DNA of 60,160 nt from Candidatus Zhuqueibacterota bacterium (lineage in GTDB: Bacteria; BS750m-G25): contig JADHWK010000011.1 of assembly GCA_016783505.1 (NCBI GenBank), forward strand, positions 1 through 60,160, read 5' to 3'. A model generated the notes under the pieces. It had not been told where the DNA came from. It searched no databases and was given only the letters and a program-made list of their open reading frames with translations. Below are positions 36,496-46,635 of the stretch, piece after piece (position 1 is the stretch's first letter; the number at the start of each line of letters is the position of its first letter). Both the position numbers and the translations under genes were made by a program.

Positions 36496-39000
36496 ATGAA
36501 TAAACTAAAAGTGCTTAAATGGATTTTATCGGTGATTTTCATCCTCAGCTTGCTTAATTCAACACATGCCCAAAGCTTGCCCAAGGGAAAGTACCATCGA
36601 AATCGGGAACGGGTTATTGACATTATTCACTATAAAGCTGAGATGAATTTTGATTTCAGTAAAAAAGAGGTAGCGGGAAAAGTGACTGTGATTTTCTGTC
36701 CACTGAATAAAATAAACAAATTTTCCTTAGATGCAATGCGACTAAAATTCGAGGAAGTTAATCTCATTCGGAAGACTGTAATCAAACCGTTAAAATTCGA
36801 TCATCTTGACCAAGCCCTTGAAATAACCCTTGATCGAATGTATTTACCGAGAGATACTGTGACTGTGTCTATACGTTATACAGCCCAACCCAATGCCGGC
36901 ATGTATTTTTTGAAGGATTATACACACGATGGCCAGTTCTATATTTACACCTACGGAGAAGGGGGCCTTCATTCGAACTGGCTTCCCATTTACAACGAAC
37001 TCAACGATAAATTCTCGACGGAGATGGTGGTAACCGTACCGTCTCCTTACACAGTTATTTCCAATGGAAAATTGTTAAATGTTGAAAACCAGCAGAATGG
37101 AGAACAGACTTTTCACTGGAAACAGGATTTACCCCATTCGAATTATCTCATTTCCATTTATGTGGGTGAATTTGAAAAAGGGGATTTACCTCCTGCATTC
37201 GGCACAATTCCGCTTAGTTACTGGGTTCCAAAAGGGAGATTGAAAGAGGGGGCTTATGCATTTCGAAATACTTCTAAGATGGTGGAATTCTTTTCCAACC
37301 GATTTGATTATAAATATCCCTGGGATAAGTATGATCAAATTGCTTTTCCGGATTATGCCATAGGGGCAATGGAACATACCTCGATCACGGGACATCGGGC
37401 TTCGATGTTAAGGGATGAATATGCGCCTTCAAATTTTGGCCCCCCGGATTTCGAGAGTTATCATAATGTTTGGACTGCTGAGGGTATAATTGCCCATGAA
37501 TTGGCGCATCACTGGTTTGGGAATAATCTAACCTGCCGTAATCTAAACTTCCTCTGGCTGAATGAAAGTTTTGCCACGTATTGTCAGATGCTATGGGATG
37601 AAGAATCACTTGGGAAAGAAACGCTTCTTCTTGACAGGCAGGATGCTTTGGATCGTTACATGGACTATGTGGCCACAGAACATCTTATTCGCCCATTGGA
37701 GTATTCATATTACGATGCGGTCGGAGAAATTTATACGATAGAACTTACTTACCTCAAAGGGGCTATCATCCTTCATATGTTAAGAAACATCCTGGGGGAT
37801 GAAGATTTCTTTCAGGCCTGGAGTTATTATCTCCGCAAGCATGAATTCTCCAATGTGGAAAGCACAGATTTTAAGATAGCGATTGAAGAGGCTACAGGAA
37901 AAAACCTTGACTGGTTTTTTGATGATTGGGTTTATGACGGTGGATACCCGATTTTTGAAGTCAATTATACCTATCTAAAAGATCGTAAACTCATTGACCT
38001 AACTGTAAGACAAGTCCAACCGATCATCGAGGGTCAGGATCTATTTACCTTACCTGTTGAGATAACCATCGCCACTTCAAAAGGAGTAAAAAGGGAAACC
38101 ATCTGGGTGAAAACCAAGGAAGATCAATTCCTCCTTGGTTGCGGCGAGGAACCACTGATGGTCAGTTTTGATGGCAAGGGTGCTCTGGTAGCAGAGATCA
38201 GATTCGACAAGTCACTTGATGAACTGCTTTATGAGATAGAAAATGGTGAACTTCCCGGTCGCATCTGGGCGATGAGGGAAATTGTCCATTGGTTTCCGGT
38301 ACATCCAAAATCCTTACAAGCAATTTCAAACACCATATCAGGTGCTTCATTTTGGGGGCTGAAAGCCGAAGCAGCTCTTCTTTTAGGTAAACTCCGCACC
38401 CCAGAAGCAGAAAAGGTGATCTCAAAGGCATTGAAGTCATCCGATTATGGAATTCGAAAAGCTGCTGTTTTGGCCTTACCAAATTTCAGGATACATTTTG
38501 CCGAGAAGATATTGAAAAATATCATAAAAAAAGACCCACATTCTGATGTGGTTGCAACAGCAATTATGGCATTGGCAAAAACCAACCCAGATGCAAATGT
38601 AGACTTCATAAGAAAGCAAATTAACCGTTCCGCTTGGTATGAGGAGATCACCATAGCTTGTTTGGAAGCTTATGAAATCATTGGCGACAATCGATTGGTT
38701 TCAGATATTGAACCATTTACGAACGAAAAATATAATGAGTATGTTCGAAATGCCGCTTTGGAAGCCTGGAAAAGTTGCATACCTCAAGATCAGAAATTAC
38801 ATGAAGTTTTGATGAGTAATGCAAAAAACGCGCAGTCCGGGATAAAACTGTCGTCTATAGAATTATTAGGATCTTTACACGTGGCGCAGGCTATTCCAGT
38901 TCTCGAAAAGATTGTCAACACATCTGGAGATATTGATTTCAGGGTTGCGGCAAAAAAGGCGCTGGTTGAAATAAAGAGAGTGGCGGAATCAAGTAAATAA
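36496..39000 (+). CDS. M1-family aminopeptidase with C-terminal HEAT repeats
   Basis: GAMEH and HELAHHWFG-x-WLNESFA zinc motifs; signal peptide. Confidence 0.94.
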   Translation: MNKLKVLKWILSVIFILSLLNSTHAQSLPKGKYHRNRERVIDIIHYKAEMNFDFSKKEVAGKVTVIFCPLNKINKFSLDAMRLKFEEVNLIRKTVIKPLKFDHLDQALEITLDRMYLPRDTVTVSIRYTAQPNAGMYFLKDYTHDGQFYIYTYGEGGLHSNWLPIYNELNDKFSTEMVVTVPSPYTVISNGKLLNVENQQNGEQTFHWKQDLPHSNYLISIYVGEFEKGDLPPAFGTIPLSYWVPKGRLKEGAYAFRNTSKMVEFFSNRFDYKYPWDKYDQIAFPDYAIGAMEHTSITGHRASMLRDEYAPSNFGPPDFESYHNVWTAEGIIAHELAHHWFGNNLTCRNLNFLWLNESFATYCQMLWDEESLGKETLLLDRQDALDRYMDYVATEHLIRPLEYSYYDAVGEIYTIELTYLKGAIILHMLRNILGDEDFFQAWSYYLRKHEFSNVESTDFKIAIEEATGKNLDWFFDDWVYDGGYPIFEVNYTYLKDRKLIDLTVRQVQPIIEGQDLFTLPVEITIATSKGVKRETIWVKTKEDQFLLGCGEEPLMVSFDGKGALVAEIRFDKSLDELLYEIENGELPGRIWAMREIVHWFPVHPKSLQAISNTISGASFWGLKAEAALLLGKLRTPEAEKVISKALKSSDYGIRKAAVLALPNFRIHFAEKILKNIIKKDPHSDVVATAIMALAKTNPDANVDFIRKQINRSAWYEEITIACLEAYEIIGDNRLVSDIEPFTNEKYNEYVRNAALEAWKSCIPQDQKLHEVLMSNAKNAQSGIKLSSIELLGSLHVAQAIPVLEKIVNTSGDIDFRVAAKKALVEIKRVAESSK

Positions 39001-39074
39001 ACTAAAATTAATCTTGATGTTAAGATGCAATCTATTCATTATTCAATAGTACATAACTGAATTTGGAGGAAAAA

Positions 39075-40616
39075 ATGATCAAACTATTGCAAAAAACCAC
39101 GGGAGCGGGTCTGCTTCTTCTTTTCCTACTGTTGATTGTTGTCCCAACGTACGCTCAGGAGGACCATCTCAACGATCTGAATGACTATGTCGAAAAAGCC
39201 ATGCGGGATTGGAAGGTTCCTGGGGTAGCAATTTCGATTGTTAAGGATGATTCTGTTGTTTTTGCAAAAGGTTATGGGATTAGGGAACTCGGCAAGGAGG
39301 CGAAAGTGGATGAATATACACTCTTTTCCGTCGCCTCGAATACAAAGGCATTTACTGCTGCACTGCTCGGCATGCTTGTGGATGAAAGTAAACTCAATTG
39401 GGATGATCGGGTAACCGATTACTTAAGAGAATTCCAGATGTATGATCCTTATGTCACGCGCGAGATCAATATTCGCGACCTGCTCACACACCGCAGCGGA
39501 CTGCCAACCTTCGGGGGTGATCATTTATGGATCGGTAACTCTCTAAGTCGAGATGAAATAATAGCCCGTATTCGTCATCTGAAGCCGAGTGCGCAATTTC
39601 GCACCAAATTTCAATATCAGAATCTTATGTTTCTGGTAGCGGGACAGGTTATTCCGGAAATTACAGGCAAGAGCTGGGAGGTGACCATTAAGGAGCGGAT
39701 ACTCATACCCTTAGGCATGATGGAAAGTAACACGAGCATTCGAGATCTGAAGGGCAAGATAAATGTTGCCACCCCACATGAGATAGTTGGGGGTAAATTA
39801 GTACCAATCGAATATGATAATGTTGATAATACCGCTCCTGCAGGTGCGATTAACTCAAACGTGGTGGAAATGGCTCGGTGGATGCGACTCAATCTAAACG
39901 GCGGCGTTTACAATGGCAAACAGATTCTTAGTGCCGAAGTCATGCGAGAAATGCATACCATTCAAATGCCAATCCCAATATCAGCAGATAGAGAGAAGAT
40001 GCTGGGGACGCATTTCTTGGGATACGGCTTAGGCTGGGGAATTTCAGACTACAGAGGACGTAAATTGGTGAGCCACGGCGGTGGGCTTTCAGGTATGATT
40101 TCCCTTCAGACATTGATCCCTGAGGAAAATCTCGGTGTGATCATTCTCACCAACTTTGCCCCCCACTCATTGACCAGAGCATTGACCTATAAAGTAATAG
40201 ACGCCTTTCTCGGGGAACCGGAGCGGGATTGGAGTGCCGAATACTTAGAGCGCAGAAAAGAATCAAAAGAAAAACAGAAAAAAGCTGAAAAAGAATTGCA
40301 AACAAAGCGGGTTAAAAGAACCAAACCATCACTTAAGTTAAAAAATTACAGCGGTATATATTCTGACGAGTTATCAGGCGAGGCAGAGGTCAGACTTGAG
40401 AACCGTAAACTTGTCTTTAATTACAATCCAAGGCATATTGGTGATTTAGAACACTGGCATTACGATACATTTCGTGTTACTTGGCGTAATCCTATTTACG
40501 ATATGCCTGAAAGGACCTTTCTTACATTTTATTTGGATGAAATGGGGAAGGTGGCTAAATTAAAAGTTACATTTTATGATCCCATCTATTTTAAAAAGGT
40601 CCCCAGGTCTGAATAA
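39075..40616 (+). CDS. Serine hydrolase, beta-lactamase class C / S12-like, with a DUF3471-like C-terminus
   Basis: ASNTK (SxxK), LLTHRSG, YQN and HGG motifs; signal peptide. Confidence 0.92.
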   Translation: MIKLLQKTTGAGLLLLFLLLIVVPTYAQEDHLNDLNDYVEKAMRDWKVPGVAISIVKDDSVVFAKGYGIRELGKEAKVDEYTLFSVASNTKAFTAALLGMLVDESKLNWDDRVTDYLREFQMYDPYVTREINIRDLLTHRSGLPTFGGDHLWIGNSLSRDEIIARIRHLKPSAQFRTKFQYQNLMFLVAGQVIPEITGKSWEVTIKERILIPLGMMESNTSIRDLKGKINVATPHEIVGGKLVPIEYDNVDNTAPAGAINSNVVEMARWMRLNLNGGVYNGKQILSAEVMREMHTIQMPIPISADREKMLGTHFLGYGLGWGISDYRGRKLVSHGGGLSGMISLQTLIPEENLGVIILTNFAPHSLTRALTYKVIDAFLGEPERDWSAEYLERRKESKEKQKKAEKELQTKRVKRTKPSLKLKNYSGIYSDELSGEAEVRLENRKLVFNYNPRHIGDLEHWHYDTFRVTWRNPIYDMPERTFLTFYLDEMGKVAKLKVTFYDPIYFKKVPRSE

Positions 40617-40683
40617 ATATTAGGCTTGAAGTTTGTTATTGAAACTCTGTAAAGCTCATAATATTGAGCTAAAGGCGTTTAGT

Positions 40684-41451
40684 ATGAAAAAGATTCTCAT
40701 AATGTTTTTTATCCTTATGGTTTTTAAGTCACAATTATGGGCACAGCATTATATTACGCTTGGTTTGGGATTTAGTGGAGCGTTTTTTGATTCCGAAGAT
40801 CTGGATCGTTTTAAGGAGACATATAATTCAGTGAATAGCCCATATCTTGCGAACTATATGCGTGGGATCGGAGGGGCCATGGGTTTACGGTGGGAAATCG
40901 GTTATCGGTATATTGGTCGTTTAGGTACTGCCGTTTTAATTGGCATGCAAAATTATAAAAGTAATGATGCAGCCCAATATCAGAATGGTGAAGTGAGAAA
41001 TTTAGAACTAAAAATGAACAGCATGTATGTCGAATCTGAAATAGGGCATACCCGTAAGAACTTCTTTGTGAATGGTGTTTTAACATTATTTTTCGATCGA
41101 AAATTGACCCTTAAGAGTAAATATTCAGGACCAACAAGCGAAGCGGTAAAAAATCCTTTGAATGGAACTTACAATAGCGATACATCAATTTCAACAGATA
41201 TGGGGATTGCTATAGGGATTATTAAAGAACCGATTATTCTCACCGGTAAAATAACCTATCCCCTATTTACTGGGGGTGGATCCAATATTTTACAAGATAA
41301 ACGAGTCGAAAAAATTGAAAATGGGACAGATATTTTTCCAAATGATTATGAGGATTATTGCTTTGATAAGACCTACGATGGGGTCGCAAGCGATATTGAT
41401 GGATTGAAGATTTTGGTGACAATTGCCTTGGTGATTCCGTTAAAGAAGTAA
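40684..41451 (+). CDS. Hypothetical secreted protein, possibly an outer-membrane beta-barrel
   Basis: Signal peptide MKKILIMFF...LWA; alternating hydrophobic strands. Confidence 0.65.
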   Translation: MKKILIMFFILMVFKSQLWAQHYITLGLGFSGAFFDSEDLDRFKETYNSVNSPYLANYMRGIGGAMGLRWEIGYRYIGRLGTAVLIGMQNYKSNDAAQYQNGEVRNLELKMNSMYVESEIGHTRKNFFVNGVLTLFFDRKLTLKSKYSGPTSEAVKNPLNGTYNSDTSISTDMGIAIGIIKEPIILTGKITYPLFTGGGSNILQDKRVEKIENGTDIFPNDYEDYCFDKTYDGVASDIDGLKILVTIALVIPLKK

Positions 41452-41646
41452 TTGTGGAACCCAAATCCATAGTTGAGCTCTTACCCATTTTATCTAAATC
41501 TTGAGTAGATCAACTGGGAAGGATATCAAGAAGGAGAGAGGTGATAATGTAGATAATATGATCTGGTTTGACAAATACCATTACGATATTTCCGATAAAG
41601 ATTGAGGAAATTACATTATTCAAATTGTAAGAGAGGAGATTTTGAA

Positions 41647-42612
41647 TTGCTCAATCAGAAACCGAAAAACCAAGATCTTAATTGGCCCATGACTTTACCC
41701 CGCTATATGGAGATTCCAACCTTTATGCGGACCCCGCTGATCAAAGATCCAACCGAGTTTGACATCGCAATGATCGGGATACCCTATGATGGAGCGGTTA
41801 CAAACCGACCGGGGGCGCGGCATGGTCCGCGTGAGATCCGCAACTCATCCAGCATGATGCGGGCGATTCACCATGTAACCCGGGTAAATCCTTATGAACT
41901 TTGCCGGATTGGCGATGCAGGTGATGTGCCTTTTACCAGGGTTTATAATGTAGAAGAAACTCATCATGACATTACCCGCTTTTTTGCCCAATTTTACCAG
42001 GCTGGGATTTTGCCGCTATCAGCGGGGGGCGATCATTCAGTCACTCTGCCGATTCTTCGAGCACTTGCTGAAGACGCTCCGATCGGTATGGTCCATATTG
42101 ATGCACATACGGATACCTGGGATGAACTTATGGGCTGTAAATTCAGCCATGGTGCACCGTTCCGTCGGGCAGTGGAGGAAAACCTGCTAGATCCAAAGCG
42201 CACAGTGCAAATTGGCATTCGCGGCGCCCAGAATACGAGCGAGGGCTGGGATTACTCCATTGACAGTGGTATGCGAGTCATTTTTATGGAGGAATTTACG
42301 AAGCTCGGCGTAGATGCGGTAGTCGCTGAAACGCGCCGGTTCGTGGGTAATGGGCCGACCTATATTTCCTTCGACATTGACAGTCTGGACCCGGTTTATG
42401 CTCCCGGCACTGGAACCCCGGAGATCGGTGGCCTCACCACGATCGAGGCCCAAGCCCTGCTACGGGGTCTTCGCAGGCTGAACCTGATCGGGGCCGATGT
42501 GGTGGAAGTCTCACCACCATTTGATCCAAGCGGGAACACCGCACTGGTCGGTGCCACTATCATGTATGAAATTCTGTGCCTGCTGGCAGAAACAGTTGCA
42601 GCGCGCTCCTGA
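41647..42612 (+). CDS. Ureohydrolase (agmatinase family), resembling guanidinopropionase GpuA
   Basis: GARHGP, GGDHS, DAHTD and SFDIDSLDP Mn ligands; TTG start after SD GAGGAG (the ORF track starts it at 41602). Confidence 0.92.
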   Translation: MLNQKPKNQDLNWPMTLPRYMEIPTFMRTPLIKDPTEFDIAMIGIPYDGAVTNRPGARHGPREIRNSSSMMRAIHHVTRVNPYELCRIGDAGDVPFTRVYNVEETHHDITRFFAQFYQAGILPLSAGGDHSVTLPILRALAEDAPIGMVHIDAHTDTWDELMGCKFSHGAPFRRAVEENLLDPKRTVQIGIRGAQNTSEGWDYSIDSGMRVIFMEEFTKLGVDAVVAETRRFVGNGPTYISFDIDSLDPVYAPGTGTPEIGGLTTIEAQALLRGLRRLNLIGADVVEVSPPFDPSGNTALVGATIMYEILCLLAETVAARS

Positions 42613-42676
42613 TTGCGACTTGCCTTGCACAAATTTCTAACCCGTGGCCACTTGACCTCTTTAAGGAGGTATACAA

Positions 42677-42946
42677 ATGAAATTTGTTGAAGATCCAAGA
42701 ATAAGGGAAGGCCGTAAGACCCTTGCCCTGGCCTGGCTCTATTTTTTCATCTATCTTATCGTCATTATGGGTTCGTCATATTTTTTAGGGATAAAACCCT
42801 ACTTATGGGGATTACCTCGCTGGGTGGCAATTGGTAACATAGTGGTCCCCATCGTATTTGTAATAATGCTAATATTTGTGGTGGAAAAATTCATACCTGA
42901 TATCCCCCTGACAGATGACGAAGAAGAATCGGAGGAAAAAGAATGA
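42677..42946 (+). CDS. YhdT/DUF997-like two-TM partner of a sodium:solute symporter
   Basis: EDPR...LWGLPRW...DIPL pattern; ATGA overlap with the symporter gene. Confidence 0.8.
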   Translation: MKFVEDPRIREGRKTLALAWLYFFIYLIVIMGSSYFLGIKPYLWGLPRWVAIGNIVVPIVFVIMLIFVVEKFIPDIPLTDDEEESEEKE

Positions 42947-44427
42947 ATGCGGCAATAGTTACCTTCTTGGCTTATACAGCAATATTGATTGCAATTGGAA
43001 TATGGTCATATCGGATTGTAGAAAAAGTACCCATCGCAAAATACGAAAAGGAATTCTATGCAGCAGGCAGAGGGCTGGGGGGAATTGTGGTGGCCTTAAT
43101 CATTGCCGGAGGGCTTGCCAGCGCGGGAACCTTTATCGCCGGTCCTGGAATGACCTATGCTTATGGCTATTCCTGGGTGCTTTTCAATAACTTCCAGATT
43201 TTTATGAACCTTGCATTATTGGCTCCAATAGGTATAATAGTCGGAATTGTAGCACGGCGAGTGAATGCTGTAACCTACCTGGACATATTCAAAGCCAGAT
43301 ATCAAAGCAAGGCTATTATAATATTACTTGCAGTTTTAGTGACAATATTTTTAATACCATATATGTCGGTCCAGTTTGTAGGTTCGGCCAGGGTTATTGC
43401 TCAAATGACAGATATGGGATTTTTTCCGTCTCTTGCTCTCGGATCTCTGGTCGTATTGGTTTATTGTGTATTGGGTGGTATGCGTGGGACATCTCTAGCG
43501 ATTCTTATACAAGGCATTGTCATAACCGTTGGATGCATATTGCTGTTTATAGGCACAGTAAATTATGCAGGGGGATTCAAAAGGTCTACTGAGATCCTTG
43601 CCGCCCAGGACATTAACTTTCTTTCACCAACTATGGGCGGTGCATTTTCCCCAGCGTTTGCTTTTTCAATTGCTTGCATCACAGGTCTTTTTGTAGTTGG
43701 CATGCCGCATGCAATGCTCGGTGCTCTTACATACAAAAATACAAGAGCGCTTAAAAGAGGCATCTGGATGGGAGGGATATTGGTTTTAATATGGACACTT
43801 CTTTTGTGTATGGCAGGAGTAATAGGCCGTTCAATAAAACCTGATCTTGCAGTACCGGATGAAATTGCTCCTTGGTTAGCAATGCATGTGATGCCGGAAG
43901 CTCTGGGAGGAGTTGTCCTCGCAGGTATTGTGGCAGGAATCCAGACGACTGTTGCGGCAATGGCCATAATCATAACCTCAAGTATAGCAAAAAATCTTCT
44001 CAGAGAACTCAAACCAGATATATCAAGCGAAAAAATTAAATCAGCCTCAAGATGGACTATGGGGGGCTGCCTGGCAATCGCGATAGCATTAGCCCTGCTG
44101 CAGCCCCCATTAATTCAGTGGATCATCTTCTTTTCAATCGGGGGACTGCAAACTGCTACATTTGGACCGATCCTTTTGGGTATGTTTTGGAAAAGAGGAA
44201 ATCAGTGGGGAACGATCGCATCCATTACCTGGGGAATGATCACCTATGCGCTTGCCAAAACAATCGTTCCACAAATTGCCCTATGGGGGACGTTTGAATC
44301 TTTTGTTCCCACAATTACTTCTGTTATCGTTTACGTTGTGGTCAGCCTGGCTACACCTAATCCATCTGATAAAATCATATGGACATTTTGGGGACCAGCC
44401 ATGAGAACGTTAAAAAGCAACTATTAG
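42943..44427 (+). CDS. Sodium:solute symporter (PanF-like)
   Basis: EFYAAGRGLG, SAGTFIAGPG, GGMRG and GMFWKRGN motifs; about 13 TM segments. Confidence 0.92.
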   Translation: MNAAIVTFLAYTAILIAIGIWSYRIVEKVPIAKYEKEFYAAGRGLGGIVVALIIAGGLASAGTFIAGPGMTYAYGYSWVLFNNFQIFMNLALLAPIGIIVGIVARRVNAVTYLDIFKARYQSKAIIILLAVLVTIFLIPYMSVQFVGSARVIAQMTDMGFFPSLALGSLVVLVYCVLGGMRGTSLAILIQGIVITVGCILLFIGTVNYAGGFKRSTEILAAQDINFLSPTMGGAFSPAFAFSIACITGLFVVGMPHAMLGALTYKNTRALKRGIWMGGILVLIWTLLLCMAGVIGRSIKPDLAVPDEIAPWLAMHVMPEALGGVVLAGIVAGIQTTVAAMAIIITSSIAKNLLRELKPDISSEKIKSASRWTMGGCLAIAIALALLQPPLIQWIIFFSIGGLQTATFGPILLGMFWKRGNQWGTIASITWGMITYALAKTIVPQIALWGTFESFVPTITSVIVYVVVSLATPNPSDKIIWTFWGPAMRTLKSNY

Positions 44428-44533
44428 ATCTACACTATATATATTTTTTATAGAGAAGGGCTTTTGCTTTTTCAAACAAAAAAATTAATGGGTTTATCTA
44501 AGGATTAGAAAATTTTAAAAAGGAGAAAGAAAC

Positions 44534-45646
44534 GTGAAGGAAAAATTAAAAATCACCAGTGTTGATATCTATAAAGCTGATATCGAATTCAAAGAGCCGT
44601 TCAGGATAGCAATCATGGAAATCCTCAGCGCCCAGAGTGTCTTTATAAAAATCAATACAAATGAGGATTTATATGGGCTTGGCGAAGCAAATCCCACCTG
44701 GGGGATCACAGGTGAGACGCAATCTATCAATCTTGCCGGAGCCGTTGACCTTGCCAGGTTATTGCTCAATAAGGATCCCCTAAATATTGAAGGGCGGATG
44801 AGAGAAATTGACAGATTTTTAATCCACAACAGCACACTGCGGAGTGCTTTCGATATGGCATTGTATGACCTTCTGGGCAAGGTTGCCGAACTTCCGTTGT
44901 ATGCTGTTCTTGGAGGAGGAAAGCGTTCCTTCTGGACGGATAACACAATAGGAATCGCCGATCCTGATTACATGGCTAAAAAAGCCCTTGATTACAAGAA
45001 TCAAGGGTTCCAGGCTATAAAAGTTAAACTCGGGACCACCACAGATCAGGACATCGAAAGAATCAAAAAGATCAGAAAAGCCATAGGAGATGATCTGCCA
45101 ATCCGGATTGATGCTAACCAGGGTTGGGATTATAAAACTGCTGTAGTTACTCTCCAAGGTCTGGAATCAATGGGAATTGAGTATTGCGAGCAGCCCATTG
45201 CTTGTTGGGACTATGAGAATATGCGGCGGATCAGACAGAATACTTCGATTGCGATCATGGCTGATGAGTCCTTGTTTGACCATCATGACGCGTTTAAACT
45301 TGCATCCATGGGGTGCTGCGACTATTTTAATATTAAATTGGCAAAGTCTGGAGGCATCCATACCGCTCTGAAGATCAATGCGATAGCTGAAAGTGCCGGT
45401 ATTCGCTGCATGGTAGGTTGCATGACTGAGACACGGCTGGGTTTGACAGCGGCGGCGCATGTGGTTTCCGCGCGGCCCAATATTCAATATGCGGACCTCG
45501 ATGGTTATTTAATGTTGAAAGAAGACCCAGTCATCGGCGGTGCCCATTACAATGTCGGAGAAATTAATCTACCCGACACTCCCGGTCACGGTGCAGATAT
45601 AGATCCTGATTTCCTGAAACATTGTGAATCTACGACGGTCAAGTAG
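44534..45646 (+). CDS. Dipeptide epimerase (L-Ala-D/L-Glu epimerase-like, enolase superfamily)
   Basis: KVK, DANQG, EQP, ADES, NIKLAKSGG and DLD motifs. Confidence 0.92.
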   Translation: MKEKLKITSVDIYKADIEFKEPFRIAIMEILSAQSVFIKINTNEDLYGLGEANPTWGITGETQSINLAGAVDLARLLLNKDPLNIEGRMREIDRFLIHNSTLRSAFDMALYDLLGKVAELPLYAVLGGGKRSFWTDNTIGIADPDYMAKKALDYKNQGFQAIKVKLGTTTDQDIERIKKIRKAIGDDLPIRIDANQGWDYKTAVVTLQGLESMGIEYCEQPIACWDYENMRRIRQNTSIAIMADESLFDHHDAFKLASMGCCDYFNIKLAKSGGIHTALKINAIAESAGIRCMVGCMTETRLGLTAAAHVVSARPNIQYADLDGYLMLKEDPVIGGAHYNVGEINLPDTPGHGADIDPDFLKHCESTTVK

Positions 45647-45715
45647 CAGCAATAGTGATGTGTTTCAATATGAGAAAAACAAGTTTACAGAATACCAAAA
45701 AAGGAGGGTTATGTT

Positions 45716-46522
45716 ATGAAGGGAATGAACAATCTATTGAAAAAATGGCCGGTACTTATCTTCGTCGGTCTTGCATTTGCAGCCTGTAGGCAAGCTCAAG
45801 ATTTCAAGGCGGGATTACTGGATATGACGTATCCCTTTGATGAAAACACCATTTACTGGCCAACTGCAAAACCCTTTAAGTTACAGAAGGGTGCCTGGGG
45901 AATCACTGAGAAAGGCTATTGGTACGCTTCTAACGAATATAGTGCCGCAGAACACGGAGGAACCCATGTAGACGCACCTATTCATTTTGCCCAGAATGGG
46001 CGGACTATTGACCAAATTCCCCTGGATGAATGGATCGGGCCCGCAGTCAAGATAGATGTTACCGAAAAATGCGAAAGAAATCGGGATTACCTCCTTAGTG
46101 TCGATGATATTAGAGACTGGGAGAAGAAATATGGCAGAATTCCTGATCATGCCTGGGTAATCATGTACACTGGTATAGATACTAAATATTACCCTGATAA
46201 AGAAAAAGTCCTGGGAACGGACAGAACAGGCGAAGCAGCAATTCCTGAGTTGAGTTTCCCAGGTTTTTCACCTGAATCAGTTGAGTTTTTGATAAGAGAG
46301 AGAAACATCACGGGAATAGCCCTTGACACTCCTAGTATAGATTACGGAAAATCAAAGGACTTTAAAGTTCACCAAACTCTCTTTGCCGCTGATAAACTTG
46401 CTTTGGAAAATATAGCCAATTTAGATAAGCTTCCATCTTCTGGATCGATGCTTTATGTAATGCCGATGCTCATCAAAGATGGAACAGGTGCGCCAGCTCG
46501 AGTTTTCGCGATGCTTCCTTAA
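45716..46522 (+). CDS. Cyclase-family (kynurenine formamidase-like) metal hydrolase, lipoprotein
   Basis: EHGGTHVDAPIHF, DTPSID and GTGAPARV motifs; lipobox FAAC. Confidence 0.9.
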   Translation: MKGMNNLLKKWPVLIFVGLAFAACRQAQDFKAGLLDMTYPFDENTIYWPTAKPFKLQKGAWGITEKGYWYASNEYSAAEHGGTHVDAPIHFAQNGRTIDQIPLDEWIGPAVKIDVTEKCERNRDYLLSVDDIRDWEKKYGRIPDHAWVIMYTGIDTKYYPDKEKVLGTDRTGEAAIPELSFPGFSPESVEFLIRERNITGIALDTPSIDYGKSKDFKVHQTLFAADKLALENIANLDKLPSSGSMLYVMPMLIKDGTGAPARVFAMLP

Positions 46523-46635
46523 GTTTTTATAAAATACCACCAAACACATTAAAAACACGAAAAGGAGACAGTCCCTTAATCACTTAAAAATTGAGTTTTG
46601 TAAAACTTTTTTCAAAAAAATACATGGAGGACAAA

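Noticed and set aside
39075-40616. Beta-lactam resistance gene (ampC)
   Set aside because: HGG triad, C-terminal extension and hydrolase-cluster context fit a generic S12 serine hydrolase.
46535-46563. ACCACCAAACACATTAAAAACACGAAA, resembling CACGAAA-type dispersed repeats
   Set aside because: It is a single degenerate copy with no associated gene.
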